Shown: positions 47,422 to 57,377 of the stretch, in pieces | Layout of the letters: each line of letters begins with the position of its first letter | Position numbering within the stretch: the first letter of the stretch is position 1 | NCBI GenBank assembly: GCA_003213625.1 | Contig: QCMT01000001.1 | Location: 100,615-164,614 of the forward strand | Length of the DNA stretch: 64,000 bases | From: OCS155 cluster bacterium AG-422-J23 | GTDB taxonomy: Bacteria; Actinomycetota; Acidimicrobiia; Actinomarinales; Actinomarinaceae | Direction of reading: 5' to 3' | The notes under the pieces: model-generated | Told to the model about the DNA's origin: nothing | Database searches by the model: none | What the model saw: the letters and a program-made list of their open reading frames with translations, nothing else | Program-made: the position numbers and the translations under genes

Positions 47422-49130
47422 AATTTCTTTAGATCATCCTCATTTAGAATAACAACATCGTTACTTCCTCCTGCTGGAACCATAGGGAAAACCATATCTT
47501 CTGGATCAACTATGCACTCTACTAGGACAGGTTTGTCATCAATTTCTAACATTTTTTCAAAAACTTTTTTTACATCAGATTTTTCAATCATTCTTAATCC
47601 TGTAGCCCCCATTGATTCTGCAAGGGCAACATAGTCAGGCGTATGGTGTGTTAATTCTGATGCAGAGAATCTATTTTTATAAAATATTTTTTGCCATTGT
47701 CTAACCATTCCATGATTTCCATTGTTAAAGACAACAATTTTTATAGGAATATTTTCAGTTGAAGCGGTGATCAATTCTTGACATGTCATTTGGAAACATC
47801 CATCACCATCTAAAGCTAAAATTTGACGATCTGGATAGGCTGCTTTTGCACCAATAGCTGCAGGTAAGGAATAACCCATTGTTCCTAAACCACCAGAATT
47901 TAGCCAGGTATTAGGGGACGTAAAATTCCAATGTTGTGATATCCACATTTGATGTTGACCAACCCCTGAAACAACAATTGCATCGTCGTCGGCTAGTTTT
48001 TGTAACTCTTCTAGTACAAAAGGAACTTTTAAAGGCCCTTTTTCTTCTTGATTATATGAAAGAGGATATTCCTTTTTCATTTGATTTAGTTCATCAAGCC
48101 AATCTGATGTATTTAAATCTGTATCAGCTAATTTTTCAATTAATCCAGTTATTACACTTTTTGCATCTCCAACTATTGGAACTTCAGGCTCTCTAATCTT
48201 TCCAATTTCTGCAGGGTCAATATCTGCATGAATGACTTTTGCATTTTGAGCAAAGAATTTTGGATTTGCAGTAACTCTATCATCAAACCTCACACCAATA
48301 GCAATTAATAGGTCTGACTTTTGAATTGATGTAGTCGCTGTATAGTTACCATGCATTCCAGGCATTTCGAAACATAGTTCATTTCCATCTGGGAATGCAC
48401 CTCTTCCCATCAATGTTGTTACAACTGGAATTTTAAATTTCGTTGCCAGTTCAAATAACTCTTGATTTGCTTTGGAATGAATAATTCCGCCACCTACATA
48501 AAGAATTGGTTTTTTTGATTGTTTTATTAATTCAGCCGCTTGACTAATCATTTTTGGATTTGGTTCTAATGTTGGCTTGTATCCTGGCATTTCTATTAAT
48601 TTAGGTTCAATCCATTCAACTTTTTGATTTAATATGTCTTTTGGTATATCAACAAGAACAGGGCCAGGTCTTCCAGTCGTAGCAATATGTTTTGCTTCAA
48701 GTAACACTTGTGGTATCTCTTCTGCACTAGTTATCAAGTAGTTATGTTTTGTTGCAGCCATAGTTAATCCAACAGTGTACGCTTCCTGGAAAGCGTCATT
48801 TCCAATTGCTTCGGAAGCTACCTGACCAGTTATTGCTAGAAGAGGAGTAGAGTCCATCAGTGCATTTGTAAGTGGGGTAATTAAGTTAGTTGCACCTGGG
48901 CCAGAAGTAGCAATTACAACTCCTAATTCACCTGTTGCTTGAGCATACCCCTCTGCCATATGCCCAGACCCTTGTTCATGTCTGGCCAAGATATGTCTTA
49001 TTGGACTGTCATATAGCGGATCATAGGCAGGTAATATTGCACCACCAGGTAAACCAAAAATAGTTGATATATTCATGTACTCTAAACTTCTTACGACAAG
49101 TTCAGCTCCACTTAATTTTTCTTCACTCAT
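47418..49130 (-). CDS. ilvB: Acetolactate synthase large subunit
   Basis: ThDP motif LDGDGCFQM...NN, GGLGTMGYSLPAAIGA. 570 aa. Confidence 0.93.
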   Translation of the reverse strand: MSEEKLSGAELVVRSLEYMNISTIFGLPGGAILPAYDPLYDSPIRHILARHEQGSGHMAEGYAQATGELGVVIATSGPGATNLITPLTNALMDSTPLLAITGQVASEAIGNDAFQEAYTVGLTMAATKHNYLITSAEEIPQVLLEAKHIATTGRPGPVLVDIPKDILNQKVEWIEPKLIEMPGYKPTLEPNPKMISQAAELIKQSKKPILYVGGGIIHSKANQELFELATKFKIPVVTTLMGRGAFPDGNELCFEMPGMHGNYTATTSIQKSDLLIAIGVRFDDRVTANPKFFAQNAKVIHADIDPAEIGKIREPEVPIVGDAKSVITGLIEKLADTDLNTSDWLDELNQMKKEYPLSYNQEEKGPLKVPFVLEELQKLADDDAIVVSGVGQHQMWISQHWNFTSPNTWLNSGGLGTMGYSLPAAIGAKAAYPDRQILALDGDGCFQMTCQELITASTENIPIKIVVFNNGNHGMVRQWQKIFYKNRFSASELTHHTPDYVALAESMGATGLRMIEKSDVKKVFEKMLEIDDKPVLVECIVDPEDMVFPMVPAGGSNDVVILNEDDLKKL

Positions 49131-49142
49131 ATCATTTCTTTC

Positions 49143-49170
49143 AAAAAAAAACCTCCCTATTTGGGGAGGC
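49143..49170 (-). terminator. Intrinsic terminator of the ilvB leader (attenuator)
   Basis: Minus-strand RNA G-CCUCCC-CAAAUA-GGGAGG-U9. It ends 12 nt upstream of the ilvB ATG. Confidence 0.8.
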
Positions 49171-49192
49171 GCTCAATACTAGTAAATGAGCG

Positions 49193-49243
49193 CTACATAA
49201 GCACTAATACTAGTAAAGAAATTAAATTTACACTTTTTTTCAT
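49193..49243 (-). CDS. ilvB leader peptide MKKSVNLISLLVLVLM (16 aa, 9 Leu/Val/Ile)
   Basis: Manual translation of the minus strand. The ORF stop UAG is embedded in the 5' arm of a 7-bp hairpin (GCGCUCA/UGAGCGC) that abuts the terminator. Confidence 0.7.
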   Translation of the reverse strand: MKKSVNLISLLVLVLM

Positions 49244-49273
49244 TATGAATAACTATAGTTAAACCTTATAAAA

Positions 49274-50359
49274 ATGAAAGACATAAATTTAATTAATTAT
49301 TTAAATAAACACAATATTGATGTTCCCGAATATATGAGTGTATCAACTGTGAGTTTGCCTTCACTTGTTAATAAATCAGAGGAAATAAAACACGTCAAAA
49401 ATGAAAACAAACATGCTGACATGAAATTTACTTTTTCTAATCCTGATTATTCTGGGTTAGGAGATAAATTTAAGTGGGCAAAATCTTGTATTATTATCAG
49501 TTTTAATTACGGGGAAAATTATAAAACAAGTATTGCCAGCCCTTTAGGTAAAGGTTCCATTGCAAGATTTGCTGTTAAGGACTATTACGAGCCAATTAAA
49601 CAATTTATCAATGTTTTGAAAAATCATTTTGATGATCTAAATATAAAAACTCATGAATTTATCGACAATCCAAGTCACTATGACAGGTTATTTTTTGAAA
49701 AGTCTGGAATGGGTTGGCAAGGTAAAAGTTCGATGATGTTGACTCCTACTGTGGGGCCATGGCAGTTAATTGGCAACTTATATGTTGAAAAAGATTTTAA
49801 ATCACCAAGTGAAGCATCATATTCATGCGGTACCTGTAATATGTGTCAAATTTCATGCCCAACCGGTGCTATTGATAACGAATATCAAATTGATTCAAAT
49901 AAGTGTATATCTTATTGGTTGCAATCTCCAAAAATAATTCCTCATGAAATAAGAATCAAAATTGCAAATAGGTTTTATGGATGTGATGACTGTCTTTTAT
50001 CATGTCCTCCAGGACAGAATAAATTAATCAATATAAATAAAACATTCGAAGTTGATCTTATTGAAATAATTAAGATGGATAATTATGAACTAATCTCAAA
50101 ATTCTCATGGTTTTACGTTCCAAAGAGAGATGCAGATTACTTGAAAAGAAACGCAATAATTGCACTTGCGAATAATCCTTTACCAAACAGCTACGAGTTA
50201 TTTAATCAACTGCTTTATTCAGACAGTGAAATAATACGGTTATATTCTGTTTGGGCCTTATGGAGAATCGACAGATTAAAGACAATAAACAAAGAATCAT
50301 TCTATAAAAGAGAGGTTTCACAAAATGTTATTCATGAATTCGACCTTTTAATTAAGTGA
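49274..50359 (+). CDS. queG: Epoxyqueuosine reductase
   Basis: CGTCNMCQISCPTGAI plus a second Cys cluster CDDCLLSCPPG. C-terminal HEAT-like repeats. Confidence 0.8.
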   Translation: MKDINLINYLNKHNIDVPEYMSVSTVSLPSLVNKSEEIKHVKNENKHADMKFTFSNPDYSGLGDKFKWAKSCIIISFNYGENYKTSIASPLGKGSIARFAVKDYYEPIKQFINVLKNHFDDLNIKTHEFIDNPSHYDRLFFEKSGMGWQGKSSMMLTPTVGPWQLIGNLYVEKDFKSPSEASYSCGTCNMCQISCPTGAIDNEYQIDSNKCISYWLQSPKIIPHEIRIKIANRFYGCDDCLLSCPPGQNKLININKTFEVDLIEIIKMDNYELISKFSWFYVPKRDADYLKRNAIIALANNPLPNSYELFNQLLYSDSEIIRLYSVWALWRIDRLKTINKESFYKREVSQNVIHEFDLLIK

Positions 50360-50390
50360 TTTTATAGTATATTTTATCTATTCTTAATTT

Positions 50391-52052
50391 ATGGTTAAAT
50401 TTTCTGATGATGTAACACAAGGAGTTGAAAAATCTGCTGCACGAGCGATGCTAAGAGCCGTAGGTTTGCAAGACGATGACTTCAATAAGTTTCAAGTTGG
50501 AATTGTCTCTGCTGGAAATGAAGTTACTCCATGTAATCTTACTGGGCCAGAATTATCAATTCACGCAAAAGAGGGAGTAAATGGTACTGATTCTGCTGGA
50601 TTGATTTTTTCTACAATAGCTGTTTCAGATGGAATATCAATGGGGCATGAGGGCATGAGGGCTTCATTGGTTTCGAGGGAGGTCATAGCAGATTCTGTAG
50701 AGCTGGTTATGCATGCAGAAAGGTTTGATGGAATGGTAACAATTGCAGGATGCGATAAATCACTACCAGGAATGTTGATGGCATCAGCAAGAATAAATAG
50801 ACCAGCAATTTTTTTATATGGTGGAAGTAGCCTTCCGGGAGTCTACAAAGGAAAAGATATATCTATTGTCGATGTTTTTGAGGGAATTGGTGCATTTGAA
50901 AAGGGGATAATTAGCGAAGAAGAGTTGTATGAAATAGAATGTAATGCCTGTCCTGGACAAGGCTCTTGCGCAGGGATGTTTACAGCTAACACAATGGCTT
51001 CTGTAGGAGAGGCTATTGGGATGAGTTTACCTGGTACTGCTTCAATCCCAGCTGAGGATCAAAGGTTAAGAACAGCAGCAAAAGAGTCAGGTTTGCAATT
51101 AAATTATTTATTGAAAGAAGATATAAAACCAAGAGACATCATGACTTTAGATGCTTTTAAAAATGCAATTACAACAGTATTAGCCCTTGGAGGCAGTACA
51201 AACGCAGTATTGCATTTGTTAGCTATATCCTATGAAGCAAAAATTAATCTTGACCTAAATACTTTTGATGAGCTTGGTAAATCAGTTCCACATCTTGCAG
51301 ATATGAAACCGTTTGGAAAATATCACATGGTTGATCTAGACAAAATTGGAGGAGTTCCGGTAGTATCCAAAATCCTTCTTGAGAATAAACTTATTGATCC
51401 TAACTGTTTAACGGTAACTGGAAAAACTGTTGGTGAAAATTTAGAAAATATTGATATTCCAAAAAATCAAGATGTAGTTTCGTTCCCAAAAAATCCAATT
51501 TCAAAAGAAGGAGGAATAGCTATTTTAAATGGGACACTTTCACCAAACGGGTCTGTTGTAAAGACAGCGGGTATTGAAGTGAATGAATTTTCTGGCCCTG
51601 CAAATGTTTTTGAAAGTGAACAGGCTGCTTTAGATGCGTTATTCAATAATAAGATTGAAAAAGGAGATGTCGTTGTAATTAGAAACGAGGGGCCTAAAGG
51701 TGGTCCAGGTATGAGAGAAATGCTTCAAATTACAGCTGCAATAAAAGGTGCAGGTTTAGGAAAAGATGTCTTGTTGATTACTGATGGTCGATTTTCAGGT
51801 GGAACTACTGGTTTATGTATTGGCCACGTAACACCAGAAAGTTTCGATCTAGGACCTATTGCAATATGTCAAAATGGTGATCTAATAAATTTGAATTTAT
51901 CAAAAAGAGAGTTAAATTTGGAATTGACACAATCTGAAATTAAAAAAAGGTTTGAATCCTATAAACTTCCTGAACCTAGATACAAATCTGGAGTTTTAAG
52001 TAAATACTCAAAATTAGTTTCAGGAGCTGATTCAGGAGCGGTTACCTCATAA
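50391..52052 (+). CDS. ilvD: Dihydroxy-acid dehydratase
   Basis: [29 protein letters not shown]. 553 aa. Confidence 0.93.
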   Translation: MVKFSDDVTQGVEKSAARAMLRAVGLQDDDFNKFQVGIVSAGNEVTPCNLTGPELSIHAKEGVNGTDSAGLIFSTIAVSDGISMGHEGMRASLVSREVIADSVELVMHAERFDGMVTIAGCDKSLPGMLMASARINRPAIFLYGGSSLPGVYKGKDISIVDVFEGIGAFEKGIISEEELYEIECNACPGQGSCAGMFTANTMASVGEAIGMSLPGTASIPAEDQRLRTAAKESGLQLNYLLKEDIKPRDIMTLDAFKNAITTVLALGGSTNAVLHLLAISYEAKINLDLNTFDELGKSVPHLADMKPFGKYHMVDLDKIGGVPVVSKILLENKLIDPNCLTVTGKTVGENLENIDIPKNQDVVSFPKNPISKEGGIAILNGTLSPNGSVVKTAGIEVNEFSGPANVFESEQAALDALFNNKIEKGDVVVIRNEGPKGGPGMREMLQITAAIKGAGLGKDVLLITDGRFSGGTTGLCIGHVTPESFDLGPIAICQNGDLINLNLSKRELNLELTQSEIKKRFESYKLPEPRYKSGVLSKYSKLVSGADSGAVTS

Positions 52053-52059
52053 ATTAATA

Positions 52060-52830
52060 ATGATTTTCATATCAGATATTCATCATGGATTAGATTCCTT
52101 AAGTACATTGCCGAAAGACAAAGGACCATTGGTAATTTTGGGCGATTTAATCAACTGGATAGATTACAGAAATGGAGATGGTATCGCAAAAGATGTCTTT
52201 GGTGAAGAAAATGTATATGAGTTAATGAAGCTCAGAAAAAAACATGATTTTTCTAAAAGAAAAAAAATGTGGGAACAATTATTTTCAGAAGATAGGGAAT
52301 TAAAACAGCAAAAAATACAAGATTCAATATACAAGCAGTATGAAGATGTATTTAGGTTACTCAAAAATTTTGAAGTATTTTTGATACCCGGCAATGTAGA
52401 TAGTCTTGAAATTCTTGAAGAAACTAAAACAAAAAATGTTATAAATATTGACGGAAAAGTACTTGATTATAAAAAAATTAAACTTGGTTTTGCCGGTGGA
52501 GGAGTTCCAACACCAATAAATGCAAGAGGAGAAATTACAGAAGAAGAGTTTAAAACTAAATTAGAAAAATTAGGAGATGTAGACATTATATGCACTCATG
52601 CACCTCCATTTATTGATGAATTGATAACGGATGTTATTACAAATAAAAAAGAACAAGGATGGGAAAGTTTAAAGACATTTATAGAAGACAAAAAGCCAAA
52701 ATTTTCATTATTTGGAGACGTACATCAACCAAAAGCATATGAATGGAAACTTGGAAGTACAAAATGTATTAATATTGGATATTTTCGTTCAACTAGTAGC
52801 TATTTAGATTTAGAATCATTAAAAATATGA
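52060..52830 (+). CDS. Calcineurin-like metallophosphoesterase
   Basis: ISDIHHG, ILGDLIN, IPGNVD, CTHAPP, GDVHQP. Confidence 0.7.
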   Translation: MIFISDIHHGLDSLSTLPKDKGPLVILGDLINWIDYRNGDGIAKDVFGEENVYELMKLRKKHDFSKRKKMWEQLFSEDRELKQQKIQDSIYKQYEDVFRLLKNFEVFLIPGNVDSLEILEETKTKNVINIDGKVLDYKKIKLGFAGGGVPTPINARGEITEEEFKTKLEKLGDVDIICTHAPPFIDELITDVITNKKEQGWESLKTFIEDKKPKFSLFGDVHQPKAYEWKLGSTKCINIGYFRSTSSYLDLESLKI

Positions 52831-53708
52831 AGGTTTTAGCATTCGATGTTGGTGGAACGACAATTAAAGGTGGACTTGTCAACGAAAAACTTAAAATTGA
52901 AGATAAATTTATAGAAGATACTCCAAAAAGAGAAGATACTTTCCTTTCATTAATTGAAGAAATCCATGATAGATTCTCTGATGAAACTGATAGAGTTTCA
53001 CTCGGCTTGCCAGGTTTTGTAGATAACGATAATCATATATTTAAATATGGTACAAATATGAAATTTTCTATCGATTTTAAAAAACTTGGATTTACTAAAG
53101 AGAAAAAAATTTACTTAGAGAATGATGGAAACTTAGCTGCATATTCTGAATATTTATCACATTTCAAAAATGATTATAAAAATTTGATAATGCTTACATT
53201 TGGTACTGGAGTAGGAGGGGGGATAATTTATAATTCAGAAATATTTAAAGGAAGTGGAAATGCGGGTGAAATAGGACGTATCTTGATTAATGAAAAATCC
53301 TATTTAGAAGATGTAATATCTGCTAAAGCTTGGACAAAAAAGTGTCAGGAATTATACGAAATAAACAAAGAAACAAAATTATCTAACATTTTTTATGAAG
53401 AAAAAGTTGGCTCTCTATTATTTGATCGATCAATTGATCTTGAAGATTACGAAAAGTATGCGAGAGATGAAATAATACAAAATACTTCAAATGCTTTAAT
53501 TTCATTATTTGAACTGTTCGATAATGATATATTTGTTATTGGTGGCAGCATGACTAAAAGCCCATATGATTTTATTCCATTACTTGATGAGTACATCAGT
53601 AAAAACTTTGAATTCCCTAACAGAAATTTTCCAAAAATTAAATTAAGCAAAGCCCGTGAAGATTCAGGGATGTTAGGTGCAGCACTATTAGCTTTAAATA
53701 GTGAATAA
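52827..53708 (+). CDS. ROK-family sugar kinase (glucokinase-like)
   Basis: VLAFDVGGTTIKGGLV, ENDGNLAAYSEY, GTGVGGGII, GNAGEIG. The Cys-rich zinc motif is not evident. Confidence 0.65.
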   Translation: MKVLAFDVGGTTIKGGLVNEKLKIEDKFIEDTPKREDTFLSLIEEIHDRFSDETDRVSLGLPGFVDNDNHIFKYGTNMKFSIDFKKLGFTKEKKIYLENDGNLAAYSEYLSHFKNDYKNLIMLTFGTGVGGGIIYNSEIFKGSGNAGEIGRILINEKSYLEDVISAKAWTKKCQELYEINKETKLSNIFYEEKVGSLLFDRSIDLEDYEKYARDEIIQNTSNALISLFELFDNDIFVIGGSMTKSPYDFIPLLDEYISKNFEFPNRNFPKIKLSKAREDSGMLGAALLALNSE

Positions 53709-54390
53709 TAACTCAATACTTTTAAATGGTTCTTTTTTTGAGGAGGAATACCAAAAAAAAATTGATAAATTAAATAATTTAGAAATCAAAACAGTTTATG
53801 TTTTTGATCACAGCATAAATCCAGAGATAAAGAAACTTCCTGTTTACAAAATAATGGATGCATTATCAAAATTAGATAAATATGAAAGAAATTTCAAAAT
53901 AGGGTCAATGGTATTAAATATTAGAAAAAGAGAAATAAATGAGTTAATGGAAAATTATTTAAATCCCCTTATGGAAATTAAAAATTTCAATCTAGGTATT
54001 GGCATTGGTGATGATAAATATGAAATACAAAAAGATATTTATGACAACAATATTGAAGAAGTCATCAAAAAAATAATTGCTAATAAAAATTATGAAGAGA
54101 ATAGCGTAAATTTAGTTATTGGTGGTTCATCACAAAAATTAAATGGCCTAGCCCTTAAATATGGTTTAGGGACCAACCAATGGGAGGGAGACATAATTAA
54201 TCTACTAAAAAAAATAGAAGTTCATTCTGAAGCTAAATCAAAAGAATTGAACGTAAGTTATTGCACAAAGGATCTCAGCTTCGATGGTAAAACAATTAGT
54301 CAAGAAAACTTTGAAATAATTTATGTACTATCTGAAAAAAAATCATTTAATAAACAAATTGATGAGATTGAGAAACAGTGCTTGAATTAA
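53701..54390 (+). CDS. Hypothetical protein, weak resemblance to a short LLM/luciferase-like TIM barrel
   Basis: 229 aa. VYVFDH...FKIGSMVLNIRKR...NLGIGIGD pattern only. Confidence 0.3.
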   Translation: MNNNSILLNGSFFEEEYQKKIDKLNNLEIKTVYVFDHSINPEIKKLPVYKIMDALSKLDKYERNFKIGSMVLNIRKREINELMENYLNPLMEIKNFNLGIGIGDDKYEIQKDIYDNNIEEVIKKIIANKNYEENSVNLVIGGSSQKLNGLALKYGLGTNQWEGDIINLLKKIEVHSEAKSKELNVSYCTKDLSFDGKTISQENFEIIYVLSEKKSFNKQIDEIEKQCLN

Positions 54391-54393
54391 AAA

Positions 54394-55416
54394 ATGATTG
54401 ACATAAGATCTGATACCGTAACTAAGCCCTCAAAAGAGATGCTTGAACATATAATTACAGCAGAAGTTGGAGACGATGAGTATAAAGAAGATCCAACAGT
54501 TAATGAACTTGAAGAATTTACTGCAAACCTTCTTGGGTTTGAAGCTGGCTTATTTGTTTCGTCTGGTCTTATGGGTAATCAAATATCGTTACTTAACCAT
54601 ACCAACCCAGGTGATGAGGTAATTACAACATCTGATTCTCACATTCAAAACTATGAACATGGTGCAGCATCATTTTTGTCAAGAATTCAATTTAGAAATG
54701 TTCAGCATAAAGATGGCAATTTAGATTTAGAGGACTTAGATACTCAAATTAAAAAATCTTTTTATCATAAACCAAATATATCCACCGTCGCAATTGAGAA
54801 TACTCATTTATCATCAGGGGGATCGATTATTCCTTTTGAGGATATACAAAAACTATATGAGTACACTGCCTCTAATAATTTAAAACTTCACGTAGATGGT
54901 GCTCGTGTTTGGCATGCAATTTTAGAAAATGATACAAAATCTAATTATGGAGAGTACTGTGACAGTTTAACTTTTTGCTTTTCAAAAGGACTTGGAGCTC
55001 CAATAGGATCAATACTTCTTGGAACAAAAAGTTTTATAAATCATTCCCGTGAATATAGAAAAAAGATAGGAGGGGGGATGAGGCAAGTTGGAATAATTGC
55101 ATCTGCTGCTAAATTTGCATTAATTAATCGGGAAAATTTATTAGACGATCACAAAAAAGCTAGAAAAATCTATGATGAATTAACAATTAACAAAGATAAG
55201 GTTAGTGGTTTGGATTCAGTTGTTTATAAAGGGACAAATATGGTCTTATTAGAATTTGCATCTCTTGAAAATTCAGATAAGTTCTTAGAAAGGTTATTGG
55301 AAAGCAAAATTAAAGCAGGATATCTGAGAGAAAAAGTTGTTAGGTTTGTTTTACATAAGGATATTGATTCTAAAAATATAAAAAAAATAATTAGAGTAAT
55401 TCAATCTTTTTCATAG
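54394..55416 (+). CDS. ltaE: Low-specificity L-threonine aldolase
   Basis: RSDTVTKPS, GDDEYKEDPTVNELE, PLP-Lys motif FSKGLGAPIGS. Confidence 0.88.
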   Translation: MIDIRSDTVTKPSKEMLEHIITAEVGDDEYKEDPTVNELEEFTANLLGFEAGLFVSSGLMGNQISLLNHTNPGDEVITTSDSHIQNYEHGAASFLSRIQFRNVQHKDGNLDLEDLDTQIKKSFYHKPNISTVAIENTHLSSGGSIIPFEDIQKLYEYTASNNLKLHVDGARVWHAILENDTKSNYGEYCDSLTFCFSKGLGAPIGSILLGTKSFINHSREYRKKIGGGMRQVGIIASAAKFALINRENLLDDHKKARKIYDELTINKDKVSGLDSVVYKGTNMVLLEFASLENSDKFLERLLESKIKAGYLREKVVRFVLHKDIDSKNIKKIIRVIQSFS

Positions 55417-55676
55417 TAATTATCGTCATTCCATTCTGTAATTGATTTTTCGGACAACCTAACAAGTGTAAAAACACCACCTAACATAACGACATTTGTT
55501 ATAAAAATGTTAATAAAAATTGTAGTTTGACAGTTCTGTGAACAAAAAGTAATACCCAATACGTAACCTATATAAATAGACAAAAGAATTACTACAAAAT
55601 ATACAATAAATTTAAATTTTTTACTAAATACCATACGCATGAGTATTGTAATATAAGATGAATTTTGTAAATCCAT
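55401..55676 (-). CDS. Hypothetical small membrane protein (2 TM)
   Basis: ORF track only; hydrophobic. Start probably internal (MRMVFSKK). Confidence 0.3.
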   Translation of the reverse strand: MDLQNSSYITILMRMVFSKKFKFIVYFVVILLSIYIGYVLGITFCSQNCQTTIFINIFITNVVMLGGVFTLVRLSEKSITEWNDDNYYEKD

Positions 55677-55873
55677 GGTTATCGTTATTTAGTTTTGTAT
55701 ATTTCATCGCTGCAGGTTTCCTATCTTTTCTTGGAAGTAAGTATTTAGTTTTATATTATCTTGAAAAAGTAAACTCAAAAATATTAAGAACAATAGAGCC
55801 ATTGGTTGGAGTAATTAGTTTTTGCTCATTTTTTGGAATTTTTTTAATAATACTTTATAATATACTTACCTAG
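55658..55873 (+). CDS. Hypothetical small membrane protein (2 TM)
   Basis: ORF track only; hydrophobic, 71 aa. Confidence 0.3.
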   Translation: MNFVNPWLSLFSFVYFIAAGFLSFLGSKYLVLYYLEKVNSKILRTIEPLVGVISFCSFFGIFLIILYNILT

Positions 55874-56418
55874 ACGGGGTTAGTATATTTTTGAAGAGTA
55901 TAATTTTCAATATATTGTAATTCACAATGGCCAGGTTTATCTTGGTTAAATTTCTTAGACTTTAATTTATAAAACATGAATGATCTAATTGTGTCCTGAT
56001 GTGTTACAAATAATGTATGCTTATGATTGTTATACAACTCCTCAACTCTTTGAAATGTTTCAAAAAAAGTTTCATTGGTATTAAGTTCAGTAGGATCATC
56101 GTTGTAGATTAAATATTCATTAGTTTTAGTAATTTCATCAAATGTATAACCTTTCCAATTTAACAATCCATCCCATTCCGTTATTTTCTCAGATATAGAA
56201 AATTCCATTTTTAATTTATTGCTAACTATTTCAGATGTCTGTCTAGCTCTGAGGAGTGGCGAGGAAATAATCTGTTCTATTTTAAAATCTTTTGATAAAA
56301 CGTCAGCAGAATGTTCAGCTTGAGACTTGCCGAGTTTTGAAAGTTCATAACCAGGTATATTGTAATATAAAATATCTTTAGGATTTTTAACTTCTCCATG
56401 CCTTAAAAATATATTCAT
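55870..56418 (-). CDS. Histidine phosphatase (phosphoglycerate mutase-like) family protein
   Basis: N-terminal FLRHGE (RHG motif). 182 aa. THQDTIRS second His. Confidence 0.75.
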   Translation of the reverse strand: MNIFLRHGEVKNPKDILYYNIPGYELSKLGKSQAEHSADVLSKDFKIEQIISSPLLRARQTSEIVSNKLKMEFSISEKITEWDGLLNWKGYTFDEITKTNEYLIYNDDPTELNTNETFFETFQRVEELYNNHKHTLFVTHQDTIRSFMFYKLKSKKFNQDKPGHCELQYIENYTLQKYTNPV

Positions 56419-56459
56419 CTTAATTACAGAGTAGTTTCAGAATATATTAAAATCTTCAT

Positions 56460-56810
56460 ATGGGTTTGAATAAAAAAGAAGAAGAAATATTAAAGCAAAT
56501 AGAATTGGGTCTATCTAAAGATGATCCAAAACTTGAGAAAGCTGTTGAGAATTTAACATTGTCAAATTTTTCAAGAGCTAGAATATCAATTTCATTCATA
56601 ACTTTTATTCTTGGATTTTTCACAATGATTGGAACTTATACAATACAAGCTGCATTTGCAGTTGTTGGATTTGTTGTAATGGCCCTGTCAGGATATGTTT
56701 TTGTCACTAACACTAGATCGCTACTGAATGCTGAAAATATTCAGGAGTGGAATTTTAAACAAATCTATAAATTGGTAAGAAACAAAGATACCTCTAGACA
56801 AAACAAATAG
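56460..56810 (+). CDS. DUF3040-family membrane protein
   Basis: EEEILKQIELGLSKDDPKLEKAV N-terminus followed by 2 TM. This family is characteristic of Actinobacteria. Confidence 0.7.
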   Translation: MGLNKKEEEILKQIELGLSKDDPKLEKAVENLTLSNFSRARISISFITFILGFFTMIGTYTIQAAFAVVGFVVMALSGYVFVTNTRSLLNAENIQEWNFKQIYKLVRNKDTSRQNK

Positions 56811-56858
56811 TATTAATTAAATTAAATAATACGTCTGATTTTAATAAGGAGTAAGGGA

Positions 56859-57350
56859 TTGAAGAAAGACGCGTTTACATCTAAACAAGCATGCTATTTA
56901 TCAGGATGCACATCTCATCAACTAAGGTATTGGGACAAAGTTAAATTAGTTTCTCCAAGTATTCAGTCTTCTTTCGGTAAGCCAGGAGTTCCAAAACTAT
57001 ATTCATTCAGAGATATAGTTTCACTTAAAGTAATCAAAACATTATTAGATAATGGAATGAGTATTCAAAGAGTAAGGCGTGCATGGAGGTATTTAACTAG
57101 AAATGGTGATTTACAAGATCAGTTATCAAAAACAAAGCTTATTTCTGACGGAGAAACAATTTATTCAGTCGAGGAAAACGAAGTTTTTGATGCTCTAAAG
57201 CAAGGACAATTGGCATTCTTTGAAACTATTGATTTTGTTGCTAAAGAAGTTGAAGAAGACATTTCGAAGTTCGAGCTTGATAAAGAGAGATTCTTAAATC
57301 TTTTAACAAGAGTTGAAGATGATATCCAATCTCAACAGTTACAAGCGTAA
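56859..57350 (+). CDS. MerR-family transcriptional regulator
   Basis: TTG start preceded by AAGGAG. HTH FTSKQACYLSGCTSHQLRYWDKVKLVSP...YSFRDIVSLKVIKTLLDNGMSIQ. Confidence 0.75.
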   Translation: MKKDAFTSKQACYLSGCTSHQLRYWDKVKLVSPSIQSSFGKPGVPKLYSFRDIVSLKVIKTLLDNGMSIQRVRRAWRYLTRNGDLQDQLSKTKLISDGETIYSVEENEVFDALKQGQLAFFETIDFVAKEVEEDISKFELDKERFLNLLTRVEDDIQSQQLQA

Positions 57351-57377
57351 TAACTTTTTCTCTTCTAAAATCTAATT

